64,000 nt of DNA from Stegostoma tigrinum (Eukaryota): NCBI RefSeq assembly GCF_030684315.1, contig NC_081396.1, forward strand, positions 3,906,001-3,970,000, given 5' to 3'. The notes under the pieces are model-generated. The model did no database searches and was not told the origin of the DNA. It worked only from the letters and a program-made list of their open reading frames with translations. The position numbers and the translations under genes are program-made. Shown here piece after piece: positions 37,991-51,739 of this stretch (within the stretch, counting starts at the first letter, position 1; the number at the start of each line of letters is the position of its first letter).

Positions 37991-39599
37991 CTCACCTGTG
38001 GCTTCAGATGAAGCTGATAATCATCAGAGTCACGGCAGAAAAGGGGTTCCCTCTATATATTATTTCTGTTGTCTTCTGCAACGACACAACTGTCTGTGCA
38101 AAATATTATTATTTTTTGCCCTTGTCTAGTGTAATAAAATAATAATTAGATCAACTAGAAGTATCGGGATGGGGACATGATGGATACAGAATTTAAAACT
38201 GATCAAAGAGACATTAAATCGAAAGAAAAGTAAGTTACAAAATATAAAAAGGAACAAAACATTAAAGGTGCAATCTAATTGTTCCAGAATTGAGAGAAAC
38301 GTATAAGTTTATTACAATGTCCAGAGACTTGCCCAACAACGTCCTGGCACCAGCCTTTAATCAGACCACAATAAGTGACTAATACATGTCAGTTCAATGT
38401 GATCGATCACTGCCCACGTACTCTCTGTCCAAATATAGTTCACATTGACAGATGTTTCCTCCAGATTGTTCAAGAGATTTATTTTCTGATGAAAAGCGAC
38501 ACGTGTGGCTTGCCAGCAGCACAGAGAAACAGGAAGCTGTGTATCAGATGAGAATGATACAACAGGAGTCCCTTTCCTGTTATCAGCACAAACAAACTTC
38601 CTGCGTGTGCGGGTGAAATAACACCGTCAGCCTCAGGAACAAGTTTGCAGATTGCTTTTGGTCTTAACACTGTGTTCAACTCCATTCTCTTTTTGTTTTT
38701 AGAATACAACATATAACACAGAAGAGTATTTTAACTACTCTATGTTAACTGTGAAAGAAAAAAAATGCTGAGTGTAATCACTGCAAAAGGGGGCTAAAAG
38801 ACAATAAATAGATTCGCTCTCAACCTTCTGATTAAAAAATAGAACATTTTAGGGAAGTTCAGCGCTATCTCAGGGACAAAAAGAAAGGCGAGTTTGCAAC
38901 AGTGAACAGGTGTTTCTGCCGTTGAAATTTCGTCTGGTAATATTTTGGCGTTCGCCTCTTTTAATTCATTTAAGTTTTCACGATGAAGCAAGGCACTTTT
39001 TTTCTTTTGGGTTGTCAGCCATAGACCCTGTTTATTTGAACAAGAGAATTAGCAAATGATTGAGACAAGAATGAAGCTTTTCCTGGATCTGGTTCCATGC
39101 TACTAAATTATAATCAGTTGCGACCTAAGCATCTAATTGCCACCTAAGTTAGCAGCAAAGACCTCAAGAAATCTGCATTTGTTCTCAGGTCGAAAAATAT
39201 GAACTTATGTCGAGTGTTATCAAATGAAATAAAGACAACTGTGAACACACGAAAGCAAAACGAATGACATTGAGCCTGCAAAACATTTAAGGGAATTATG
39301 AACATTTGTACAAAAACAGAAATATAACGAGATATTTCAGAATATAACGCACAGATAAATTCTGTAAACTGACAAAACAAAAAAAAATCAAGAGAAAGTG
39401 TCACAATCGATGATTAGAAATAATGCAACAACAACGAACTCACTATTGTCGCGGTGACAGGACAGAATACGGAAAATGTATAGATTAAAAGTTAAACAAT
39501 GAAGAACATATCAGAGCCAAAAAGAAACTTAACTGAGAAGATTAAACAGACAGAGATAATATTCATTTACTTCAAAGCTATAGTGATTGAAACTGGCAA

Positions 39600-42500
39600 C
39601 AATGAGAAAATGGGCAATTCATTGAAGGCACTTTACGACAACTCTTTCAAATGAAGATATCAGTCAGTCACCAGAAGTAACTGGTAAATCAAGAAAACGA
39701 AAATATGGTTAAGATCCATTAAAATTACAACCGATAGTGACGTGTTACTGACAAAATAGCTGGAGCTCTTTGTTGTGTGATGTCTATGCTGAGATATTAA
39801 TAGAAATGAGTCGAGAAATATTTCATGTACTTGTTTTTACTATCTAGATTTCCCGAGATTCTCGAAATGTTCCAATGGATTGTACAGTTGTGAATTGAAG
39901 TCATTTATGACAAGGGGACGATACAGAAAGCAGAAAACTGCTTGCCAGTTAACTTGACTTCTGGCATAAGGAATATGCCAGGACCTATTATGAAGGAACT
40001 ACTAACAGAGAACATCAAAACTATCAGGTGGAATCCATAGTACTAACTAAAGGGAAAAGCATGCCTAGAGTTCATTGCAGAATTTTGACAAGTAAACTTA
40101 TACAGTTGATAAAGCAGCATCAGCACTCAGACATCCAGAAATTATGGAAAACTAGGAAAAGAGAGAAAAGCAGATGATTATTCATAATACTGAGCTTGTT
40201 GTGTGATTCAATATCATCATAGCAGATCATAATCTGGAAACCTTTTGAGGTAATCCCTCAGCTGGTAGGAATGGCTTTACTGAGATAATGTGACCGTGAC
40301 TGCAATCCGTATGTCAGTTACATTATCAGCAAGACCTTATACAATTTATTTTTTCAGAAGGCTCACACCGCCTGTCTTAAAAACACCGTGCAAACATGGC
40401 TAATGTTCCATCGGTATTCCAAAAGTCCATGAATAAAGTGTCCCATGAAATTTTGTTGCAGAACATAAAAGGTCAGAGTCAATGGTGCTACATTGGAACG
40501 GATTGACTATGGCTAGCTTACCCCCTCTAAAGAACAAACATAACTTGGTGCTTTTCTGATTGGCAAGATTTCAATCAGCCAGATGGGAAGTGATCAGTCA
40601 TGCAGCCTCAAGGCTGTACAGTTTTAAATGACTTGGCTGAATTGGCGAAAAGAGTGGTTGATAATATGCAGAAAACACATTGATAAACAGGATTGTTCAC
40701 TGTGAACAGGACATGAGGAAGTTACAAACAGATAGATACCGATTAAGTGAATGGAAAAGTTGAACCAATTGCAGAATCATGTCTAAATTCACAGTTTGTC
40801 TATGATTTCAGGAATTGCAAAGTAGAAACTGTGATGCAGGGGCAGCAGAATTTCATTGTGCATGAATCATTAAAGGTGAGAATACAGGAACTGCAATTCC
40901 CTCCGAAAACTAACAGACTGTGACGGTTAATTCCATTGAATGAGGCCACATGAAAGTATCATGGGAGAAGTTCAGTGAAAAATTATGTGACTATTAATGA
41001 GCAACGTTTGGGCGAGATAGGCTGAGACAAACTTAAGTTTGAACAAGTGCCGAGTGCTTCATTCAAACCTTCGAAAACATAAATCATCTGGATATGGTAA
41101 ATGGGGAAAACCACGTTTCCTCCATCGCAACTGCTGGTAAAAGTTGATAAATCAGGATTTTTCCATTGAACACTAAAATACGTTCAAAATATCTGCTCGA
41201 TTGTAGTCTTTGAAGCTCTCCTGATGAAAAACTGTTGAAGCATAATATGTTTATACCTTTTTGTAAGGCAGTAGCAGATGCATTCTTGCTTAACAGGGGA
41301 ATAAACGATTATTAGATGTAGACGGGTAGGCAATCTAAATGGCTGAACGGGGTCGACGCTTTGGGCTTTCTTGTATTTATGCGGAATTGATTGCATTATT
41401 ACTCAGTTATACATCTCACACTTTCGTTATCTATATCTGTCTATGTATTTTACATTGCAGTGAATTGTATTAATGTTAATTCCATTAATAACTGAAAAAG
41501 AATTTGGAAGTTAAATAATGGTTTCAGGTCAGATACTAATCAGTTAACTCATGAATGAGTCTGAAGTAACGCAGCAAATCCTTAGATGAAGCCACATGTA
41601 ATACTCGGAGAGATCTTCTGCAGCAAATCAGCAAAACAAAAATTCCCACTTCTCCAATTCCCAGTGGAATAGCCTGTGTATTTGAATTTCCTCCCATATG
41701 AATATCGCTGACACAGCTAGAATTTGTGAGCCATCTCGAACTCTCAATCAGTTGAGTGGCCAGTTGTGTAATTCCAGAAGGTAACTGAGAGTAAATAATG
41801 TTACATAATATTTCTGGGAGTGTTCACTCGTCTATCAAACATTGATGGAGAGATGGAAGGGAGGCTATCTGGCACATTTCAGGAAGTGGACACACTACAA
41901 TCCAACATGAATAATGGGTTTGAACATCCCAAATATTAAATGGGATAACACCAATGTGAATCGCGCAGACTGGTCTGAATTCTTAAAACGTGTCCATGAG
42001 AGGCTTTATTAAAAAAAAGAAATAAGACTTGAAACAACAAATTGCCACAAAGTCCTGCCATGCAGTGCCTCATTTTATGGGAAGAGGCTCAGCAAGATGT
42101 TGGACAGTCATTTGGAGAGAATTTTGGTGATAGTGAGTGCAACTCTGTTGGATATTACCTATCGGTGGAAAGTGACAATGATCAGCGAGAAGTAAAGGTT
42201 TTGAATTGGTTCAAGGTCGATTTTGTTCTCATCAAACTCAATCACGCCAATGTGGTCATGAGCGCAATGACCTACAGAAAAACTTACACCAGAGCAGTGG
42301 GGGGTTTTGCAGTGAAAAATAACGAATTTGCAGGCCAAAAATATCCCTGAAAGGGGAAGACTGGAAGTAAGAATTGAAAACATTACGATAGGTGGCGAAA
42401 CGTAAAGGAGTAGGCAAAAGAAGGCCCCAGCAAAGCTCAGCATATCAGAAGCTTGAGAAGACTGTAGAAGCTGTAGGAAGGTTTTTTTTCGATTTTTTTT

Positions 42501-43620
42501 TAAATTTGAAAGATAGGTAATTTTAATTTAAAAAGATGAATACCAAAAGGCATTTTAGGAATACACAGAGGAAGAGAATAATGCGAAAGAGATTAGAACC
42601 GATGCAGGAACTAACTGGAGAAATCTTGTAGCGGTGGATGACTTTGATACATTTTGCTATTATATTTTACATCTCCATTTCTGACGAAGGACGATATCGA
42701 GTTATGAATTAGGTCAGAAAGCTGTGGAATTTTCAGAAATTTCTATTGAACTGGAATAAGTATTTGGGTTTTTAGCGGGCATACAATTGCCTCAGGTATG
42801 AGTCCCAGTATCCTGGGCAAGGGATTGCATTGTAAGGACCAGTTAGTCATATTAAAATCGTCTTTGCACAACCAGAAAATGGCAGATCACGAATGCTCAT
42901 AGAGTATGATGAATCAATAAATATTCAGGTTTCTTTTTACCGGCGATCGAGTCTAGTATCAGTGCCAGGGAAAGAATTTGGAAAAGAAATCGGAGACATA
43001 ACCTTGATTCAAAGTTATAAATGTAAAATTTAAGCAGGAAAATTCGGCCTGGCTTTGATGGAAGTGATATCACACCTTGCGCAGTTGATACTACCTTCTA
43101 AGGAGGCAATCAGATGCATGATTAAGGGGGAAAAAAAGAAATCTGCTTTGACATTAACAAGGTTTTTGACAAGATCTTGCATCCTAAATTATTGAAGAAA
43201 TACCAGAACCAAATGCAATTTGGGAAGTCGTTTCCAAAATTTACTTTGTGGCATCAGTCAAAAGCAGAAGGTAATGGCCGAAGGTAGTCTTTGAGACTAA
43301 ACCCTGTGTTCAGTGGTGCACTGTAAGTTTTTTGGTGGCACATCCTGTGCTGTTTGTAGTGTTCATGAATGATCGATTCATGAATGTAGGAATTTTGATG
43401 ACAAAGTTTACAGATGAGGTGAAAAACGTGCGGTATTGCAATTAGCCAGACGGAAAACCTAAGGCCAAATTATGCTCTAGATTGCAGAACAAAGAACGAA
43501 AAAATATTGCCCCGAAACGTGTGAATGAATGCATGTTCCAGGACTATCAATTGAAGAGAAAGAATGATGCGTGGTTGTTCCCGACAAAATACAAATCTTA
43601 AGCGGTCACTTGCTGTACAT
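39600..43620 (+). mobile_element. Mosaic of highly decayed CR1 LINE ORF2 fragments
   Basis: Scattered RT-region remnants (ENC..PVNLTS, TKFTDEVK) and a 3' UTR-like end near 41390; boundaries approximate. Confidence 0.55.
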
Positions 43621-44249
43621 ATCCATTTTGCCGTGAAGGAGATGATTTAGAGCTATTGTTGTTCTTTATATTGTTATTAATACAGCAATATCAACTAACA
43701 TTCGTGGGTCAATTTTTGAATATCATTAAATGCTGGAATTTAAATTTAAGAACATATTTGGAGGTAAGATTCCAGTGAAGGTCATGAAATCATGACTAAT
43801 TGTCAGAAAAAAAAATCAGTAATGCCAATCAGGAAAGTAAAATTGTCATACTCACGTGGTCTGGTGTGCATGCAACTCCAGCCACAAAGCAAAGTGGTTC
43901 GCTGTCAGATGGTTTAGCAAGCCACTCAATTTTACCAGTTGCTGCAGAATTGCAACAATGGAATGAAAGTAAATGGGCGACCCGACATTGACCTAGGCAT
44001 TGGAAGAGACATTGGCACCAATGGCCTTGTGTGTCAAACATCTGGTGACTCTTGCCAAACTATAGGAGTACACAGGGAGGAAGATAATAATGAGAAAGAG
44101 ATTAGGACTGATGCAGAAACTAACTGCAGAACTCTTGTAGTGCTGGATGACTCTGATATATTTGAAATTGTATTTTATATATCTATTTCCAACGAAGAGA
44201 GACATAGAATTATGAATTCGGTCAGAAATCTATGGAAGGCTGGTAAAGC

Positions 44250-46860
44250 AACAGCCTGATTATGCATTCATAGTTTAACTGCAATAATCCAAACATCACT
44301 ACCCCTGTATATTCCATGGTCCTTCAGCAGGGCATCACCATCACAGGTGGCAACACAGTGATATACAGACGGAAAGGAGTTTCTTTCATAGCAGTCAACG
44401 TTCCTTCTGGACCCAGTAATTCTCATGGATTCAGGTTTAACATGGGCAAAGCAAAAAAAAACCTTCTGATTACTCTGTGCTGTCTTCTCTCAGCTGACAA
44501 AAATGCATTCCTCAATGTTAACAACATCTGGGGAAAGCACGAAAGGTGGTAAGTATACAGAATATATTCTGTGAGGGGACACTGCAAAACTACTGACCGA
44601 GTTTCTCGAGCCTTGAAGGACTTAGTGTTAGTGTGGGTCTGCAGCAGCTGAGGAGGAATCCGACAAGGGGGAAAATGTGTAGTTGAACTCATTCTTCTCA
44701 AAAGTCTGGCTGCAGATGCATCTGTCCATGACAATATTAATAAGGCCAATCACCAGACCGCCGTTGGGGGAATGAAGTATCGAGTTCACATTTAGAATAC
44801 CTTTCGTTCTGTTGTTTGCCCCTCTCAACACCTGGCATTAATGAGGTGATTTGGCCATTTGCATAACTACACTAGAATATGTAAATTTATGGTTCTGCAT
44901 ATTCCCCACTCGCACATTATGACGAAGCGAGGTAATCAGCCCTGGTTTTATGGAAAGTGCAGGATGCCAACCCAGGAATAGTACCAGAGGAGAGATTTCA
45001 ACCTTGTGAAGCGACAGCACAGGGACTACTATCATTTGAAACAGTATAAACAGCACGTGATGGACAGAGCTAAGTGAACTTGCAATTAACGGATCATATA
45101 TAAACAATTCTGTGCTTTCACATCAAGTCATGAATTGAGGTGAACAATTCAACAACTCATTCAAAAAGGAAACTCCATAGATATTGCCATCTTCAAAGAC
45201 GGTGCCGAAAGATCAGCACAAACGTTAAGGTTGAAGAATTAACAGCAATCATCAACCAGAGGTGCCAAGTCGATGATCCATCTTGGCCTCCTCCAAGTGT
45301 CGCTAGTTTTACAGATACCAGTCTTCAACAAATTCGGTTCTCTCCAAGGATATTAACATTTGGTTGGGGGTGGTGGATGTGCAAATTTTATTGGACCTGA
45401 CAAGATTCTATCAACAGGACTGACGAAATGTGCTCTGACATGCCACTCCATGAGCCAAGCACTTCCAAAACACCTACAACACTGGCTCAAACCAGATAAT
45501 TTTGAAAATTGTTCAGGCACTAAAATAATCCAGTCCAGCGAATTACTGCCTCAGTATATTTCCCTCACTGATAAGTAAGGTTAGCAAAGCTGTCATTAAC
45601 AGTGTGACCAAGCAGTACTAGCTCAGTAATCGCCTGTTCAGAGACGTATTGTGATTTTTATGCAAGGGTCACTTAGCTCCCGGATGAATGTCAGTCTTGG
45701 TTCAAAGATGAACAAAAACTGAGTTCCACAGGTGAGGGGAGAGTGATAAAACTTGACATCAAGGGCTCATTCGACTGAGTGTGGCATCGAGTGAGCTTTT
45801 CCAACACTGCAATCAATGCACATCAGATGATAAACTCTTCACTGCCTGGAGACATCGTTTGTAAACATGAAGGCAGTTATGGCTTTTTGAGTTCATTCGG
45901 CTCAGCTCCAGGACGTCTCTGTCAGAGTTCGTGGCTCGTGCCCTTGGCCCAATTATGGAGAGAATCTTCACTGATCCTATTATCTTCAGTTATTTCATTG
46001 GTGATCTCCAGTCTATCACAAGATCAGATTTGAAATCGGCACTGATTATGTCACAATATTCAGCATCTTCTGTAACTCCTCAGATATAGGGGCAATATAT
46101 TTTGAAATTCAAGTGCTGTCTCATATCCAGATGTGCGCAGACAACAGGCAAGTAGCATTCACACCACAGAACTGCGAGATAATAAATATAATTAGAGACA
46201 TTCTAACCACAGCTACCTGACGTTCACTGATGTTGCCATCACTGAATCCTCCAATCTCAAAAGTCTGTAATTTCTTCTTGAATTGAAACAGAAATGGAAG
46301 CAACATATCCACACAACAGTGATAAGAGCAGGTCAATAGCCAGAAATACTGCGACAAGTAGCCCATCCTGCTGAGTCGCCATAGTCACCCATTATCTAAG
46401 AATGTGTAATGGCATGCCTCCCCGTCTGCCTGCATGGGTGTCGCGTCATTTTCACTCAAGAAGCTTGACATAATCAGAAACAAAGCAGCCCATTTGAATT
46501 GTAGCACATCCACGTGCAACCAGTGTCTCCAAATCTGACAATGAGCTGCTTGAGTATGTAGTATATACAGGATATACTGCTGAAATATAACAATATCCTC
46601 AGACAGCATCTTCCTAACCCATGGCCACTTTTATCTCAAAGGATAAGAGGATCAGATGCACAGGAACTGCAGCAGCAGCAAGCTCCCCTCCTCGATACTT
46701 ATCCTTATGACTTAGAAGTACATCAGCCATTCATCAGAGTAACTGACTCAAAATCCTGGAATTGCATTCCTGAAGTGATTTTGGACCCGACATTTCAGAA
46801 AGGCAGCTCAACACCATCTAATTCAGAGAACGAATGACAGGAAATAAAGTCCGCCTGTAT
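44250..46860 (+). mobile_element. L2/Jockey-group LINE (endonuclease through RT and 3' tail), decayed
   Basis: Collinear with 36100-37380 over 45600-46850; the upstream part has endonuclease-like remnants. Confidence 0.7.
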
Positions 46861-48734
46861 TCCACCAATCAACCGAACAAAAGATTCTTGAAGCAATCTC
46901 AACAGTTTGATAAGGCGGTTAAGGAGGCATTGTGAGTATTTGAGAAACATTTAAAAGCTTGCAGTCACTTCGCAGGGGGAGGATTTCAATTTCTGTTATG
47001 GTAGCTTCAATTCATGAAAGGAATTGAAACGAAAAGGCCAGCTGAATCAGCGATAATCACGCACTTCCTATTTTTTTGAGAAGACCACACGGTTCCTTGG
47101 AGGAAGCGGTCTGTTCTTTCTGCCTGGTCTGTCCAACTTGTTCCACGACAAGGCGCCTGTTCCTTTACAGTCCCATTCTGAATATGAAGCCAGCAATGCG
47201 TTTTCAAGCTACTTCTGAAAAAAAAGCCAAATTAATCCAGTAAGACAGCAGCATTACAAAATGGTCAGTGATGATCGCATTCTTGGGATACATAACTAAT
47301 TTGTTTAAATTTCAACCAAGTGTTTCGAAAGTGCAAAGTGTGCTGGAGAATAGAAGTCTGAAACAACTTCAGATGATGAATACTGGTAACAGGCAGTAGG
47401 TGATTCAGGTTCAGCATGGGGACAATCTGTTCCAGTTTTGAGATCGATTATTTGATGCAAAGTCTCCTATGAACTTGTTACAAATGCGAAATAATTCTCA
47501 CCATATTCCACTCCAATATTTATTTCTGACGTGAAATGTGAGATTTATTGCTCTTCTGTTTGTTACAGCTTTCTGTACATACCGACTACATTTCGAGAAT
47601 CAAGATTGCTGTGGTAATATCACTGGCCCAGGATTTCTGAACTCCAGTTGGATGTTTAGCTGACAGGATGTGAAATCGCACGTTTTTCTGTTTTTGAAAT
47701 TTGAATTCAAAGAAAACCTGGAATGAAAATAAAAAGTCCAATGGCAAAAGTATAACCAGAAAAAATCTAAAATACAAAAGCAATTGTCCATGCATGCCTA
47801 TTTGATAGAAATCTTCAGGTTTGACTTGGCCTGGGCTTGATGTGACTCCAGACACACAGAAATATGATTGAGTGCCTCATGGAGTGGCAGTGGCAACCGA
47901 CTGAATGTCCGATTTGGGATAATGACTCATTGCTGGCTGAAGCAGCAACATCGGCATTCAATGAATGAATAAAATAAAAGTGTGACTAAAACTCACTAAA
48001 CTTTATCAGTTAATTTCTTTTTTGTGGCACTTCCTGATGTCTCTTTCAAGTAATTTACTTTGTTTTTGAAAATTCTAAAACGCGACTTGAGCTATATTGA
48101 GCTCTTCGATATGTTCCCATCAAAATGGATTAATGTAACAAACAATTGAACGTTTAGACTTAATCTCGTCATAGAGAAATTTGTCATTTAAAGTGCATGT
48201 AAAGTTTCCAAGACTTAATTGATGACAGAAATTAAATTTTAAATTTGTGCTTATCATTTGGAAATAAGTAAAATCTGTTACAATTGATTTTCAGAACAAT
48301 TGTATTCATTTCTGCCTACTGCGAACAAGCTTAAAATAGATTTGTTTTGATTTTAAGCATGTCAATAAATAACGCTGATCATCTGGTTTGTCACCATTAA
48401 CTCTTCTTTGAAATCAATGAAGCATGTACGTAAATAAGCAGAAATAGAACTGTCAGAATAGATCATAGATCAACAAAAGTCCTTTATCTTTCCCCATAAA
48501 CACAGCACACAATTGTTGGCTAAAATCCAAATAATTCAACAAATTCCAATAGTAATTGATGTGAGGACTTGGTAAACTTTAATTTAAAAGTTTATAGAAT
48601 CAGCGTGATGCAAACTCTGACGTACAGCCAACAAATGCATCTTTAATTGTGAGATACATTGATACAGCCAATACTTCTTTTTCTGTCTCTTTCTCTCGTC
48701 CTCTCCTCCCCTCCGAGTTCCTCGCTTTCATGTA

Positions 48735-48769
48735 CGTGCGCGCGTGTGTGTGTGTGTTTGTGTGTGTGC

Positions 48770-48803
<34 letters not shown>

Positions 48804-48860
48804 GTGTTGTGTATGTTTGTGTTTCTGTCTGTGTTGTGTATGTTTGTGTTTCTGTCTGTC
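48735..48860. repeat. (TG)n microsatellite, imperfect
   Basis: Directly visible. Confidence 0.95.
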
Positions 48861-51739
48861 TCTTGTTCTCTCATCTCCTCCGGGATTTTTTTAAAATATG
48901 TGACACCATGTTTTCACTCTACACCATCAGAAAACATTTTCCTCCGTAACTTGAAGTCAATGCCGAAATAACACATACTTTTGTGCACCTAATGCGTTTC
49001 TTTCCTGAGACATTTGAGACCGTAGAACAAGGGTTTCTGGAAAATGTATCTGAATATTTAGTGGCCTGGAAGTGCTTGACTGGAACCGACAGAGGGGTAT
49101 TTGAACCGAATCAAAATTGTCTTGTAGCGTGGCTGTGAGACATTACTGTGATTGTCTTTAAAGGGCTTTTCATTGTGTCTCACCAGTAATGCTCATGTCT
49201 AAAAAATGTTTGATCGCACTATGTAATTCACTTTCTGTCCAGAAGACTCTGCTTCGATGCTGTGTTGTGCAGAGCCTAAGAGTCTGTCATTTTTAAGGAA
49301 TATTCGATGCAGATCTACCCAGCATCCAAAACGTACTGTATTTGACACGACAGGGATTCTATTCTTATGTAATTATTTGGTTGCCTGGAGCAATGTAGTG
49401 GGAGATTTATTCTGAACGCAATGTGAGCTGTGCAATCACTGAAAATACCTGGTGTAAAAGTGTAAAGGAGCCTTTAACTCCTCCTTTTGTCTTCGTGATT
49501 TTGGAATGATTAATACCAGAATAAAATGGGAACAAATTCCTGCATCGAACTTTTGCAAACCAAATTTCTGTTCTGCGTGTGTGGAAATAGAAAATGTATT
49601 CTTTATGTAATGTGCATAACTTCCACAATCCACATACCAATGGTATGTTTGATATGGCAGTTTAAATGTAGTTTTGATCTGCCTTTACCTTTTCTGTAGC
49701 AATCTTGGTTGTGTTTGATAAATCTTCAACAAACTTGAAGATATGAATAATTAGTCACTATCTTAGAGAAAGGATGCAATCACGACAAAGAGGGCCAGAG
49801 GAGATCTATGGATGATGGTCTGAAGGCTTGTCTCTTTTTTAACGAGGAGAAGAAATTGAAGCGCCTTTGTGGCTCTCAGAAAACATGCAATTGAGGAGGA
49901 ATATCGGTGGGGACAATAATAATTCTGCAGTCAGTAATTTAAAGCAAACATCAATTGTATTGTGAAAACATTCAAATCAGAATTTGCTATTCTTCCAATG
50001 GAATTTGTTCTTCCAGTCAATGACATTATGGCGTGTTTGATATCCCTCACCTCCACTTTTCAATCCTGTTCTCTTTAGCATTAATTCCATCACTATTTCA
50101 AAATATGCCCCTTTCACCTTTGGAAATACTTAAGAACCAACCTCGAAAATCTTCCATGGTAAGGAATTCCACAGATTCACGACATTCAATTTGAGGAAAT
50201 TATCTTCTGCCTTAAATTCGTGCCTTGAATTCAGTGATGATTTCCTTATCTACTGAAATCTCACCAATGTGGAAACATTTTTGCATTTCAACTGACAAGT
50301 TCCGGGAAATTAAAACCTGCTTCAATATGTCACTACTAAATCTTCTATATTCCAATTACGACAGGCCAAAAACATGCAATCTCCACTCCCAAGACAGACC
50401 ATCCATCCCCAGGATAAGTGAAGTGAACCTTGTATAGATTGCTTTGTATTTCCGTGTATCTTCCCTTCGATACGAGGCCCAGAAGATCTCACAGCATTCC
50501 AGCTATTGTGTGCCTAGTGCTTTCATAGTTCCACCAAACAGAAATGCCAATCTGGCCGAGCTCCATTTGGAAGCACTTGTCTCATTCCTCCAAACATTTC
50601 CCATTCGCATAACGGTACAGATGTGTTTTATATGTTGTAATTGTCAATGCCTCCACCACTTCCTCTATCAGCGCCACCACGTTCCCCCCCCCCCACCCCA
50701 CCCCGGCCATGACCCCTGCCATGGTGAAAGATTTACACTCTCAGGTCATTTTTAGACGGTTTTCCTGTCACCCGAATACTATATCCTGTAGTTTTGGACT
50801 CGACCGTCAATGTATAATACTCTTGGTTCTTCAATCTATAAATCGTCCTCATGATGTTGTAAATCTCAATAGTGTCACATCAGCCTCCGATGTTGTAGTG
50901 CAGGGTGGGGTGGGGATGGAAACCAGCCTATTCAGCACCTGCCTGCAGCTACAAAACTCCAAGCCTGACATCATCCTTGAAAATCTTTGCTTCACGTTCT
51001 TAAGTGAAACAAATCCTGCCAATCAAATATCGAAAAGGATTGTGCCCAGCATTCCAAAAATGACGTCACGAATGTCCTATACAAAAGCAACATGACATCC
51101 AAACACCGATATTAAAAGTTATGTCCAAAGATGTTTTGCGTGCCAAAACCCTACTTCACCACCCTGCCCACCTGCGACTCCAATTTCAAGGAAATATACA
51201 TCTGCACCCCAGTCCTCTTTGTTCCGCAACACTCATCAGGACCTTTCCATTAACTGAGTAAGTCCTGACATGCTATGCCTTACCAAATGCAACACCTCAC
51301 ATTTTCTAAATTAATCCACAACTGACACTCACAGAATTGCATTGTCATACAACAAGCAAACAAACTCGACGATATAAGCAATCCATGCCGGCCATATCCC
51401 CAATTTTAATTAGTCCCACATGCCTGCGCTTGGGCCTTGTCCCGACAAAAAATTCTTACTCACTTTCTCCGACAAGTGTTTCTAAATGCTGTAATTTTAT
51501 CTGTATCAATCAGTGACTCTACAAACGAACCAATTTCCGTGCAAAATAACTGTCATCCTGTCTTTATCCTCTCACATTAAAAATATGCCACTCGTCATGC
51601 AACACCCACACTGCAGGGGGAAAAAAATACCTGCTGTTCACCTGATCGAGATCTTTCATGATTTTACTAAACCTCTATAAGATCACCCCACAAAAGTTTA
51701 CGTTTGAGGTATAAAAGCTTCAGCATGTCCCAGTAATTC

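Noticed and set aside
38794-39460. Minus-strand ORF (LHRENLNELKEANAK...) and a nearby GTGAGT donor-like site
   Set aside because: No recognisable protein similarity and no consistent exon chain.
48649-48971. Cys/Val-rich ORFs in three frames
   Set aside because: They are translations of the (TG)n microsatellite.
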